Shown: positions 1-8,764 of the stretch, one piece after another
Layout of the letters: each line of letters begins with the position of its first letter
Numbering within the stretch: the first letter of the stretch is position 1
NCBI GenBank assembly: GCA_046331685.1
Contig: JAXLQI010000002.1
Coordinates: 34,630-98,629, forward strand
From: Candidatus Micrarchaeia archaeon
GTDB lineage: Archaea > Micrarchaeota > Micrarchaeia > Anstonellales > Bilamarchaeaceae
Direction of reading: 5' to 3'
Length of the DNA stretch: 64,000 nt
The notes under the pieces: model-generated
What the model was told of the DNA's origin: nothing
The model's input: only the letters and a program-made list of their open reading frames with translations
Databases searched by the model: none
Position numbers and translations under genes: made by a program

Positions 1-185
1 GATGCAACTCCGGGCCGGATTTTCCTTCTTTATGACGGAAAATTGGATACTTTTGCAGGTCTAATTAGTTCGTAATGGTATTAAAAGTTATCTTTCGGGC
101 GGTTGCGACGGCCCGCGGGACCGGTTGACGCTCGTGCGGCCTCCACCGGCCGCATGGGATGCGGAGGCCGGGGGCCCCTGCAACT

Positions 186-200
186 GCCTTATATTATTTT
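186..200 (+). promoter_or_regulatory. AT-rich TATA-box-like element about 25 bp upstream of the fibrillarin ATG
   Basis: Sequence 'cttatattatttt' at 188-200 in an otherwise GC-rich leader; start codon at 218. This is the expected archaeal TATA spacing. Confidence 0.4.
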
Positions 201-217
201 ACCCGCAATAGCGGAAC

Positions 218-880
218 ATGAAACCTGCTTTTCCGGGAGTGTACTCCATTGACAGGTCGTTCGCCACCATGAACATGGACCGCGGCCACAAAGTCTACAA
301 CGAGAAACTGATCCGCGAGGGGGAGCGCGAATACCGCATCTGGGATCCGCATCGCAGCAAGCTCTGCGGGGCGATGAAGAACGGCCTGCGGACTTTCCCG
401 TTCGGCCGGGGCTCCAAGGTGCTCTATCTCGGCGCTTCCACCGGCACGACGATATCCCATATATCGGACATCGTAGGCGAAGAGGGGGAGATATTCTCGG
501 TGGAGATCTCCCCCCAGTGCATGAAGAGCCTGATGGCGCTATCAGACCGGCGGCGCAATATCATCCCCATCCACGGGGATGCCCGGCAGGCCCAGGAGTA
601 CGAAGAGGTGGGGGAGGTCGACTCGATATACCAGGATGTGGCCCAGCCCGACCAGGACGACATACTCATAAAGAACGCGAAGATGTTCCTCAAGGCGGGC
701 GGGATCGCGATGATATGCATCAAGAGCCAGAGCATCGATGTCACGAAAGACCCCAAAGTCGTTTTCGATGCGGTCGTCAAGAAGCTCGAGACCGTCTTCG
801 AGGTCGTCGAAAAAATCAAGCTCGAGCCCTACGACAAGGACCACCTTTTCGTAGTGCTCAAATATCCGGGCAAACTTTGA
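218..880 (+). CDS. flpA: Fibrillarin, rRNA/tRNA 2'-O-methyltransferase
   Basis: 220 aa; strong family resemblance including the 'VLYLGASTGTT' SAM-binding motif; archaeal length and organisation. Confidence 0.95.
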   Translation: MKPAFPGVYSIDRSFATMNMDRGHKVYNEKLIREGEREYRIWDPHRSKLCGAMKNGLRTFPFGRGSKVLYLGASTGTTISHISDIVGEEGEIFSVEISPQCMKSLMALSDRRRNIIPIHGDARQAQEYEEVGEVDSIYQDVAQPDQDDILIKNAKMFLKAGGIAMICIKSQSIDVTKDPKVVFDAVVKKLETVFEVVEKIKLEPYDKDHLFVVLKYPGKL

Positions 881-1084
881 CATCTGCCGAAACTGCGTTA
901 CAAACGTTTATATATCCGGGATGGACTACCAAAACGGGGTGGACGGTCAAGGGTTAGATTGCGCACAAAAGCCCTCCGGGGCTGTTCTGTGGCAACATCT
1001 GTGTGTGGCCCTTGTTCACCGCGCTTCGGCGATGCCACCCCATCTATGCTCCTTATTTAAATCCATTTATACACTAACTCCGAC

Positions 1085-1846
1085 ATGAATGGGTCGGAGC
1101 TGGAGAGGCGGTTCATTTCGAGCGCATCTCTCGTGCCCCCGCTCGATTTCCTGGAGAACCCGTATTCAGGCGCTGCCGAAGCTGCCGCGGTGCTTTTCGC
1201 CAGATGCTCCGCGATCTGCGGAGACGATAAAGGGTCCTTCCATTCCTGGCTAAGCCGGTGTCTCGATGATCCGGACCCGGGCCTCGCCTTCTTCGGGAGC
1301 GTCATGCATCAAGCCGATCCGTCGGATATCGACCTCCTCTCCTTCACCGGAGGGGGAAACCGTTTCCATCGCCCTACCAAGTTCCACATCACGGATGCAT
1401 TCTCCGGGTCGACGCCGGATCCCATCGCGGCTTTCTTCAGCGGCCCGCTGCTTTTCCCGGTCAGGCCCTCGAAAACCGCGCTTGCGGCCATAGAGAAGGG
1501 GCGGGAAAGATTCCTGAAGAGCCCTTTCCTTGATGGGGGGATCGGAGACCTGCTGGCGCATTCGGCTTACAAGTCCTCTCTCTCACGCGAGGGGCCGCTC
1601 CCGGCGGGGATAAGGGTGATCTGGCAGTGGCTCGATGATGCGAACATGCAGACCATGACATATTCCCCGCGCCAGATATGCCGCCAGATACTCGCCCAGA
1701 TGCAGAAGCTCGATGACCGGAGCCTTTCGGCCATGACAGAATCTGCCATAAGGAGGATGAGGGTCCGGCATGAGCAGAGGGCGGCGCTCGCCGAGAGGTT
1801 CGTCTGGGAGCTGCGCGCGAAGCAGATACGGGGCTCCTTCGGATGA
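1085..1846 (+). CDS. Hypothetical protein
   Basis: 253-aa ORF with reasonable composition and no recognisable family; the antisense ORFs over it are R/P-rich and look spurious. Confidence 0.35.
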   Translation: MNGSELERRFISSASLVPPLDFLENPYSGAAEAAAVLFARCSAICGDDKGSFHSWLSRCLDDPDPGLAFFGSVMHQADPSDIDLLSFTGGGNRFHRPTKFHITDAFSGSTPDPIAAFFSGPLLFPVRPSKTALAAIEKGRERFLKSPFLDGGIGDLLAHSAYKSSLSREGPLPAGIRVIWQWLDDANMQTMTYSPRQICRQILAQMQKLDDRSLSAMTESAIRRMRVRHEQRAALAERFVWELRAKQIRGSFG

Positions 1847-2129
1847 TAATGGTTATAAATACCGCAAACGCGGTCCAATAGGGTATCGATATGGCGCAAC
1901 GACAACGAGCTAAACCGGATGAGCAGACGTTCCGATTGCAGATCCCGGCTCTCACGGGCCAGCAATCGCAGCAGATGACCTCAGTGGCCATCCCGCATGG
2001 GTTCGAGCTGAGGCTCGGGAGCGAAGTCAAGATACGGATAACAAGCGAGATAACCTCCACCAGCCAGATGATCAATCTCACCTTCGACCTTGGACGCCTG
2101 ATGGGTCAGGCGCCGGTGCGCAGGAAGGA

Positions 2130-2549
2130 CTAGAATCCCTGGAGATTCAGGCCTGTCTTCCCGTCGTGTTTCCTTGTTATCTTGGCCGAGTAAGGGAGGA
2201 GGACGATCTCGCAAGTGGGGTAGACCTCAGCGCTCATCAGGTGCCCGGACAGGGTGGAATAATCGTGCCTGCTGATCGCTATGTGCAGGTGGGCGGCCGG
2301 CCCGTCATCCAGCTGAGTGATGTTGCCGCTCAGCGATACTATCTCCAGCATCCCTTCGAATTTTTTAGTGTTGTACCTTTTCTCCTTCGTGTCGAAATGG
2401 GCGATCTCGGCCTTGCGGGCTGCACCGATGCCGCTCACGAGCGCGCTCGCCACATTCTCCTTTCCGCAGACCGCCTTCAGCGAGGCGATTATCTCGTCCC
2501 CGTCATCCAGTCGTATAAGGATCTCCCGCTCCGTCCTCTTGTATTCCAT
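2130..2549 (-). CDS. PPC/DUF296-family putative DNA-binding protein
   Basis: 139 aa; resembles the plant-and-prokaryote conserved (PPC, AT-hook-associated) domain fold family. Confidence 0.55.
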   Translation of the reverse strand: MEYKRTEREILIRLDDGDEIIASLKAVCGKENVASALVSGIGAARKAEIAHFDTKEKRYNTKKFEGMLEIVSLSGNITQLDDGPAAHLHIAISRHDYSTLSGHLMSAEVYPTCEIVLLPYSAKITRKHDGKTGLNLQGF

Positions 2550-2559
2550 CGTAAACCCC

Positions 2560-2988
2560 CTAGACCAGCTCTTCAGCGAGGAAAAGCCTCTCGCAGAAAT
2601 GGCACCGGTATCCGCCCCTGTCCGCCACCAAAACCCTCTGCGTGCCTTCGGAGCTTATGCAGTTGGGATTCGGGCACCTGCCGTATCCGCGTATCTCTTT
2701 GGGCATCTCGACCTCGTATTTCCGCTCGAGCTTGCCTCCTTTTATTATGTTCACGGTCGCCCCTGGCGACACGAGCGCGATGAGGTTCGCAGCCTCGGGC
2801 GAGACAAGCTTCCCCTCTATCTTGACTATATCCTTGGTGCCCATCTTCTTGCTCGGCACGTTGAGCACGACCGCGACGCGGTGGGGATAGTTCTCCCCGA
2901 TCTCCAGCAATCGCATGACCTTGGACGCTTTCCCGGCCTTTATGTGATCCACGACCGTCCCTATCTCTATGTTGTCGACCTGCATCAA
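2560..2988 (-). CDS. pyrI: Aspartate carbamoyltransferase regulatory subunit
   Basis: 142 aa; C-terminal Zn domain with C..C...C..C ('CPNPNC...CHFC'); immediately downstream of pyrB. Confidence 0.9.
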   Translation of the reverse strand: MMQVDNIEIGTVVDHIKAGKASKVMRLLEIGENYPHRVAVVLNVPSKKMGTKDIVKIEGKLVSPEAANLIALVSPGATVNIIKGGKLERKYEVEMPKEIRGYGRCPNPNCISSEGTQRVLVADRGGYRCHFCERLFLAEELV

Positions 2989-2989
2989 A

Positions 2990-3877
2990 TCACCTCAAGG
3001 CGTATTCTAGCACAGCCTGCCTCACCGGGATCCCGTTATGGGCCTGCTCGAAATACCTGGCCTGCTTCATACCGTCTATCGACGCTTCTATCTCGCTTAT
3101 CTTCGGGAGCGGATGGAGGATCACGAGGTCCTCCTTTGCCCCTTTCAGGTCCTCCTTCCTGACCATGAACCTCTCCATCATCCGCTTCGCCTCGTAGGGG
3201 TCGGCGAACCGCTCCTGCTGGATCCGGCAGACATAGAGGACGTCCGCGTCAGAGAACTCGGGCTCGTTCTTTATCTCGACCTTGAAATCGAACGCCTTCT
3301 TCACTTCGCCCAGATATCCCTCGTCCATCTCGAGCCCGGGCGGGGAGACGAGCGTCACCTTGGCCCCGAACATCGCAAGCCCGTAGATCAGGGACCGCAT
3401 CGCCCGCGCGTATTTGAGGTCCCCGAGCAGGGTGATGTTCAAGCCTTTGATCCTGCCCTTATCCTTTCTAATGGAGTAGAGATCGATCAGGGTCTGGCTC
3501 GGGTGCTGGTTCGCTCCGTCCCCTGCGTTGATGACCGGCTTGTCTGTTATATCTGCAGCGAGGCGGGCCGCCCCTTCCCTCGGATGGCGCACGACAAGCG
3601 CGTCGGCATACCCGGAGACGACCCTGATGGTGTCCGAGAAGCTCTCGCCTTTCTTCAGCGAGCTGGTCTCCGGCTGGAAATCCAGATAGCCCATGCCGCA
3701 CCGCAGCGCGGCCGACTGGAAGGAGAGCTTCGTCCGTGTCGAAGGCTCGAAGAACAGCGTCCCGATGACCTTCCCGCCGAGGCTGGGCGTCCTGCCCCCC
3801 GAGGCTATCTCCTCCGCCGAATCGAGAATCCCCTCTATCTCTTTGCGATCAAGGTCCCTTATAGAAATTAGATCCAT
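2990..3877 (-). CDS. pyrB: Aspartate carbamoyltransferase catalytic subunit
   Basis: 295 aa; 'STRTK' carbamoyl-phosphate motif and 'HPLP' motif present; pyrB-pyrI operon. Confidence 0.95.
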   Translation of the reverse strand: MDLISIRDLDRKEIEGILDSAEEIASGGRTPSLGGKVIGTLFFEPSTRTKLSFQSAALRCGMGYLDFQPETSSLKKGESFSDTIRVVSGYADALVVRHPREGAARLAADITDKPVINAGDGANQHPSQTLIDLYSIRKDKGRIKGLNITLLGDLKYARAMRSLIYGLAMFGAKVTLVSPPGLEMDEGYLGEVKKAFDFKVEIKNEPEFSDADVLYVCRIQQERFADPYEAKRMMERFMVRKEDLKGAKEDLVILHPLPKISEIEASIDGMKQARYFEQAHNGIPVRQAVLEYALR

Positions 3878-4000
3878 CTAAGCACCTACTGTAGTTTGGG
3901 GAAATAGGAATATAAGCGCCTCCGGTCGCGCGATCCGGTTTTAAATTTAGGCTCAGTCAAGCTTACGGACGGTGCTCCAGGCCCCGATCCCAGAGAGGTA

Positions 4001-4582
4001 ATGCCCATGCTTGTCGTTTTCGAAGGAATCGATGGAGGAGGAAAAGAGACCCAGATTCGCCTCCTCCGGGAAGCGCTGGCGAAGAAAGGAAAAACGCTCA
4101 CGGCGCTGAAGTACCCCACGCGGAAGACCCAGATACTCAACGATTATCTGGAGAAGAAGGCGATCGTCCAGCCTAAATCGCTTTTCCTGCTCTTCCTCGC
4201 CGACATCGCCGAAGACCAGGAGAATGTCCGCAAGGCGCTCTCATCCTACGATGTGGTCGTCCTCGACCGGTACGTGTTCTCAACGATCGCATACGAAGTG
4301 GACAGCATCGACTATGCGCGGGGGAAGAGGATCGTCGAGAGCGTGGAATACATCCGTCCTGACATGGTGGTCCTTCTCGATCTGGACCCCAAACTCTCCC
4401 AGGAGCGCAAGCGGAAGCAGAAAGCGCTGGACCGCTATGAGGAAAATGTTTCATATCTGGCCGGCGTCCGGAAGAATTTCCTGAAACTCGCGGAAGAAAG
4501 ATTTTTAACCCCGAATTGGCATAGGGTTGATGCCGGCAAAACCATAGAGGCCGTGCACACGGATATCATGGATTTCTTCTGA
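4001..4582 (+). CDS. tmk: Thymidylate kinase
   Basis: 193 aa; P-loop 'EGIDGGGKET' and a DRY-type motif ('LDRYVFS'). Confidence 0.85.
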   Translation: MPMLVVFEGIDGGGKETQIRLLREALAKKGKTLTALKYPTRKTQILNDYLEKKAIVQPKSLFLLFLADIAEDQENVRKALSSYDVVVLDRYVFSTIAYEVDSIDYARGKRIVESVEYIRPDMVVLLDLDPKLSQERKRKQKALDRYEENVSYLAGVRKNFLKLAEERFLTPNWHRVDAGKTIEAVHTDIMDFF

Positions 4583-4583
4583 T

Positions 4584-4799
4584 GCTCCGTTCGTCTAGAC
4601 CGGTCAAGGATTATGGACTTTCATGCGCCTTTTGAAAAAAGGCGCCCCAAAACAGTCTGTTGCAAAACCCATCCGGGTTTTGGGCTCCCATACAGAGCCA
4701 TTTTTGCGAAAGCAAAAATTAGCAAGAATGTTTTTGGGCGCTTTTTACTAAAAAGCGCGAAGTCCTCCATCGACCTGGGTTCAAATCCCAGACGGAGCA
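4584..4799 (+). tRNA. tRNA-Glu(UUC) interrupted by a ~141-nt intron in the anticodon loop
   Basis: Acceptor GCTCCGT (4584-4590) pairs with ACGGAGC (4792-4798); discriminator A. D-arm has G.U wobbles as in archaeal tRNA-Glu. Anticodon stem ATGGA/TCCAT; loop CTTTCAT with anticodon TTC at 4620-4622. T-arm CTGGG-TTCAAAT-CCCAG. Intron is about 4625-4765. Folded by eye only. Confidence 0.7.
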
Positions 4800-4885
4800 A
4801 TCTTCCCCCATCAGCCACAGCACTCCCGAAACCTATCCGCTGAAATGCGATGCAATGATTATATTCCCCCTACGTCCTGAATCAG

Positions 4886-5836
4886 ATGATGCGCCTGTTG
4901 CTATGCCTATTCGCACTCTCCGTCCTTTGCTTCGCATCGAACGAAACCAACATCACGCGTTTCCTCGATGTCTCCCTCAACACCTCATGCCCCGGCAACC
5001 TCCTGACCGCCGTAGCGACCTCATCCGACGGCCTTCCCGCAGCCGGCATCGAGCTCCGTCTTGTGCTCTATGAGCCCTACCAGGGGTTAAGGGCGCTTCA
5101 ACACACAGACCAAGGCGGGATGGCTAGGTTCGAGCTCACTAAGGCCGGCAAATACCGGCTTTACATATACACGAAAAATTACAACCACGACCAGTATGCG
5201 GAATTCGCGTATCCTGCCCTCTGCCCTCCCCCTCCGCCGAGGCAGATGAACATCACCGCGCTCCCTGACTGCGGGAAGGGCATCCTGTTGGTCCGCGCAG
5301 CCGATGCGAACGGGACGCCCCTCGAAGGAGCGTTCATATCGGTCCAGGACGGCCGGAGCTGGTCCTCTCTGAGCGGCAAGAGCGGAGAGGTCTCATTCCC
5401 GCTCGATGAAGGCGACATATTCATCAACGCATCGCGCGGCAACTATTCAACGGTCGGCTTTTACTCCACGGTGGACTGCACCCCTCCGGAATGCCTGGAA
5501 GATGGGCAATGCGCATCAAACCAGTATTGCTCCGAGGAAAAATGCGTCGAAGCCGTCGGGACCTGCGGCTATCCTGCGAACCACAGCTGGGTGCATTATA
5601 CCTGCTGCTCTGATACGGACTGCGGCAATGCGTCGATGTGCATCAACAACACGTGCATCCTCAGGCCGCCGCCTCCGCAGCCCCAGAACATCACCAACCT
5701 TTCTAACGCCACCCCCACCGCAAAAAACGCCTTGCCCAACGAAACAGTCAATGAGGGGGGAAAGGGCGTGGCGGGCGGTTGCCTTGGGTCAGCCTTATTG
5801 CTGGCCGGAATCCTGATCTGGAAAAAGAATAAATAA
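4886..5836 (+). CDS. Secreted, C-terminally membrane-anchored cysteine-rich surface protein with many N-glycosylation sequons
   Basis: N-terminal signal peptide; numerous NxS/T sequons; C-terminal TM followed by basic tail 'IWKKNK'. Confidence 0.6.
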   Translation: MMRLLLCLFALSVLCFASNETNITRFLDVSLNTSCPGNLLTAVATSSDGLPAAGIELRLVLYEPYQGLRALQHTDQGGMARFELTKAGKYRLYIYTKNYNHDQYAEFAYPALCPPPPPRQMNITALPDCGKGILLVRAADANGTPLEGAFISVQDGRSWSSLSGKSGEVSFPLDEGDIFINASRGNYSTVGFYSTVDCTPPECLEDGQCASNQYCSEEKCVEAVGTCGYPANHSWVHYTCCSDTDCGNASMCINNTCILRPPPPQPQNITNLSNATPTAKNALPNETVNEGGKGVAGGCLGSALLLAGILIWKKNK

Positions 5837-6009
5837 CCGAAACCCCGGCGGGGTTTGGCTACGCGAGGTTTTGGTGCACTTTTCAACAAACAAGTTTTGG
5901 TCAAATTTTTCCTAAAAGTTTGATGGGCTTCCGCTTGGCGTTTGTCGCCAAGATCGTCCATTTTCCTGAGCCAAAACGCAGACACAACCTGCAAACCCCA
6001 GTAAAATGG

Positions 6010-6290
6010 GCTTCCCGGTTTGCCTTGGCAGATATGCAAGGAGCCGCAACCGTCCACTCGATCCTGTTTCCCACAAGCACGGTACAAAACGCTTAGGGCT
6101 GCTCCTTTCGGCCTGACCCGGTTCACATGTCGCGCCGCCATATGAGGCAGGACGTCAACGCTTAAGGCTGAGGGCATGCATAAAAGACAAAACGCCCCGG
6201 GCTTTCGAGCCGCCTGAAGGGGATGTGCGGAATCGGGACCCCTAGCCCCGCTCTAGCCCATGATATATCTGCCGGCCCCTGTTTTTAATC
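6010..6290 (-). ncRNA. Candidate signal recognition particle (7S/SRP) RNA
   Basis: Minus strand at about 6097-6121 reads 'CCGGGTCAGGCCGAAAGGAGCAGCC', close to the conserved SRP helix-8 motif GUCAGG.CCGGAAGGAAGCAGCC. The presumed ends (plus 6263-6275 and 6026-6034) are complementary over 9 bp (GGCAGATAT/ATATCTGCC), as expected for terminal helix closure. The 450-bp gap has no convincing ORF. Confidence 0.45.
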
Positions 6291-7031
6291 TCACCGGAAC
6301 GGGCTTGTCACTACCTCAAGAATGCCCTGATGAAGGTTCGGGCCGGCCGCGACGACGCCTGCCGAGAACACAGAGAAAGGCTTTCCTTCGAGGTCCGTGA
6401 CCACCGCCCCGGCCTCCTGCATCACAAGGAATCCGGCCGCATGGCTGGCCTCATGGAGGGGGACGACGACACCGTCGATCGCTCCGGCTGCGACCGCGGC
6501 GTAATCGGCCGCAGGTGACCCGGTGTTCCTCCATGCGATCCCGTTGCGGGATAATGCCCCTATCGCTTCTATCCCGGGGGCATACTCGCCGTCCGAATAC
6601 ATATCACAGTAGCAGCATACGAGCGAGGCCCGGATGTCGTCACGCCTGCTGGCCGACAGCTTCCGCCCGTCGGCGCGTGCACCCCTGCCTCTCTCTGCCG
6701 TGACCATGCTCCCTCTCTCAGGGAGGGAAATCACGGCGAACACAGGCGACCCTTCCTCGATGATGGCAGCCATAACGCCGAACTCTCCGAACCCCCTCGA
6801 GAAATTCACCGGCGAATCGAGAGGGCATATGCTGACCGCCCTCGCGCCTTCCTGCGCCTCGCCCCAGAGACTGACCGACGGGTCCGCAGCGCGGATCGTC
6901 CGAACCATCAGGTCCCTAGCACGTTTCTCCATGTCATAAGCCGTCTTCCTCGAGGACGCCTGCCTCCTGAGGAAAAAGCCGGCTTCCTGGGCGGCGCTGA
7001 TAATAGCCCCCTTAAGAGTATCATCCATCAT
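6291..7031 (-). CDS. Inositol monophosphatase / fructose-1,6-bisphosphatase family protein
   Basis: 246 aa; metal-binding motif context ('EEGSPVFAVISLPERG', 'WRNTGS', 'GAIDGVV') typical of the IMPase/SuhB fold. Confidence 0.7.
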   Translation of the reverse strand: MMDDTLKGAIISAAQEAGFFLRRQASSRKTAYDMEKRARDLMVRTIRAADPSVSLWGEAQEGARAVSICPLDSPVNFSRGFGEFGVMAAIIEEGSPVFAVISLPERGSMVTAERGRGARADGRKLSASRRDDIRASLVCCYCDMYSDGEYAPGIEAIGALSRNGIAWRNTGSPAADYAAVAAGAIDGVVVPLHEASHAAGFLVMQEAGAVVTDLEGKPFSVFSAGVVAAGPNLHQGILEVVTSPFR

Positions 7032-7061
7032 GAGATAACAAATGCAACAATTTATAAAAAA

Positions 7062-7616
7062 TCAGAACGCATAGCGCACGCGCTTCTCGACGTCTTTGAC
7101 CCGTCCGAGCACTGCCCCGGACCCAGAGTAAGCGCGGTAGCCTTCGATGAACGGCTCCCTGGATCCGGCGCCTATCGAGCGTAGCATGGTGAAGACGTCC
7201 ACGGCCTTGTCCTCGATGTCGTCCGAGACGAATCCGAGGCCGAAATCGATCACTACCATCCCTGACCGGCCCGCGATGAGGTTAGCCGGCGTGAAATCGC
7301 CGTGTATTATATCCGCTCCATGGAGCCTGCCGAGCATCATCCCTGCCTCGCGGGACTGCACCGCATCCATCCGCGGCCTTTCCCCATGCACGAGCGTCAT
7401 CGTGATGGAGAATTCGCCGACTCCAAGGACCACAGGGCAATCCACGCCTGCCAGTTTCGCGCGGTTGAGGAGGCGCGCCTCGCCCCTGGTCCGCTCTATC
7501 CGCAGCTTCCGGTCCAGCTCGGGATTGCGGTATCCCTTCGGATTCCTGAGCTTCACCACCGCATCCTTCCCTATAACGGTCTTCCTGGTCAAAACCGCCT
7601 CAGCGCCCCTCAACAT
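7062..7616 (-). CDS. bud32: Bud32/PRPK-type atypical Ser/Thr kinase (KEOPS complex subunit)
   Basis: 184 aa small RIO-like kinase; 'IHGDFTPANL' catalytic loop and 'VVIDFG' DFG-like motif; typical archaeal Bud32 length. Confidence 0.8.
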   Translation of the reverse strand: MLRGAEAVLTRKTVIGKDAVVKLRNPKGYRNPELDRKLRIERTRGEARLLNRAKLAGVDCPVVLGVGEFSITMTLVHGERPRMDAVQSREAGMMLGRLHGADIIHGDFTPANLIAGRSGMVVIDFGLGFVSDDIEDKAVDVFTMLRSIGAGSREPFIEGYRAYSGSGAVLGRVKDVEKRVRYAF

Positions 7617-7617
7617 C

Positions 7618-8343
7618 TCACCCGAACAAGAGCTTGGAAAGGATCGTGAAGAAGAGGAGCATGATCCCCCATCCGATCACTATGGCCGGGCTGATCAGCA
7701 CCGCACCAAGGACAAGGAATGCGCCCACTGCCCCGATCCAGGCCAGCCTGTTCCACCGGAACACCTTGCTTCCGTCCAGGGGGAAAGCCGGTATCATGTT
7801 GAAGAGGGCGAGCATCAGGTTCATCGCCGCGCCGAACCTCCAGACATGGAGGGTGCCGCCGGAGACCCCGAATCCGGCGAGGCCGGGCTGATTTGCCAGG
7901 AAGCTGTAATACTGGCTGACCGGAGCGAGCGTGTTCAGGGCCATGAAGAATAAGACGAGCGAGATGTTCGTCAGGGGCCCGACTATGGATATCAGGCCGT
8001 TCTGCCTGGCGTCTATCCGATCGGAATATATGTAGACCGCGCCCGGGGCCGCGAACAGGAAGCCGAAAGCCGAGGTGACGAGCATCAGCACGAGCCCCTG
8101 GGTCCACATCCTGAAGCGCGCCTGCGCCCCATAATACATCGCGACCAGCTTGTGGGCCATCTCGTGGAGTATGAAACCGCTTCCGACCGTCACGAGCAGG
8201 GGAAGCATGAAGAAGAGGAACTCTTTCGGGAATGCCAGCATGCCGCTGACTGTCGCGAAGACGACCGCGAGGGCGAAGGATATCGATACGACGCTTATCG
8301 CGATCTGCACAGCTTCATCCCTCTCGATGTCTATACCGTCCAA
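7618..8343 (-). CDS. Site-2 protease-family (peptidase M50) membrane metalloprotease
   Basis: 241 aa polytopic protein; HExxH ('HEMAHKL') inside a TM helix. Confidence 0.75.
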   Translation of the reverse strand: MDGIDIERDEAVQIAISVVSISFALAVVFATVSGMLAFPKEFLFFMLPLLVTVGSGFILHEMAHKLVAMYYGAQARFRMWTQGLVLMLVTSAFGFLFAAPGAVYIYSDRIDARQNGLISIVGPLTNISLVLFFMALNTLAPVSQYYSFLANQPGLAGFGVSGGTLHVWRFGAAMNLMLALFNMIPAFPLDGSKVFRWNRLAWIGAVGAFLVLGAVLISPAIVIGWGIMLLFFTILSKLLFG

Positions 8344-8745
8344 TCATTCCACCAGTTTCTCTTCGTATAGCAGCCTTATCTTGGCAGGGCTTATGAGCCC
8401 TACATAGCTTTCGATGACCCCGAGGGCTTCATTCCCGTTGTTCAGCGTGATCTTGATGCGGTCGTTCTTCTTCCCGGAGGCTCCCGCGGTGCCGATCCTT
8501 CCGATGATGGCCGGGATCGCCGAGTCATTCACGACCGAGACGCGGTCGCCGGCCTTGATCCCACGGAGATCCGGATAGACCGCGGTTATCGTGATGGTGG
8601 CCACGGTCAGGAGCGCGAGGATCTTGAGGGTCCCGGTGATCGTGGCATCCGGGAGCAGCGCGAATGAGAGCAGGGAGAGGCAGACGGACGCCAGCATGAG
8701 CCTCGAGAACATGGCAATCCTCATACGTATCCGCTCCGGCTCCAA
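8344..8745 (-). CDS. Small membrane protein, NfeD-like (OB-fold C-terminal domain)
   Basis: 133 aa; N-terminal TM helices plus a soluble beta-rich C-terminus; stop/start-adjacent to the M50 protease gene. Confidence 0.4.
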   Translation of the reverse strand: MEPERIRMRIAMFSRLMLASVCLSLLSFALLPDATITGTLKILALLTVATITITAVYPDLRGIKAGDRVSVVNDSAIPAIIGRIGTAGASGKKNDRIKITLNNGNEALGVIESYVGLISPAKIRLLYEEKLVE

Positions 8746-8764
8746 CTCCCGTCCTTCAAGGATA

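Noticed and set aside
1461-2081. 206-aa ORF antisense to the 1085-1846 hypothetical
   Set aside because: Cys/Arg/Ser-rich composition, typical of spurious high-GC reading frames.
4613-4843. 76-aa ORF
   Set aside because: Lies entirely within the tRNA-Glu intron and 3' exon; the A/T-hairpin sequence translates to low-complexity peptide.
5596-6177. 193-aa minus-strand ORF in the 5.84-6.29 kb gap
   Set aside because: Pro/Arg/Ala-rich with no domain signal. The region is better explained by a candidate SRP RNA. An RNase P RNA was also considered, but no P4 'AGGAAAGTCC...ACAGAA..GGCTTA' signature was found.
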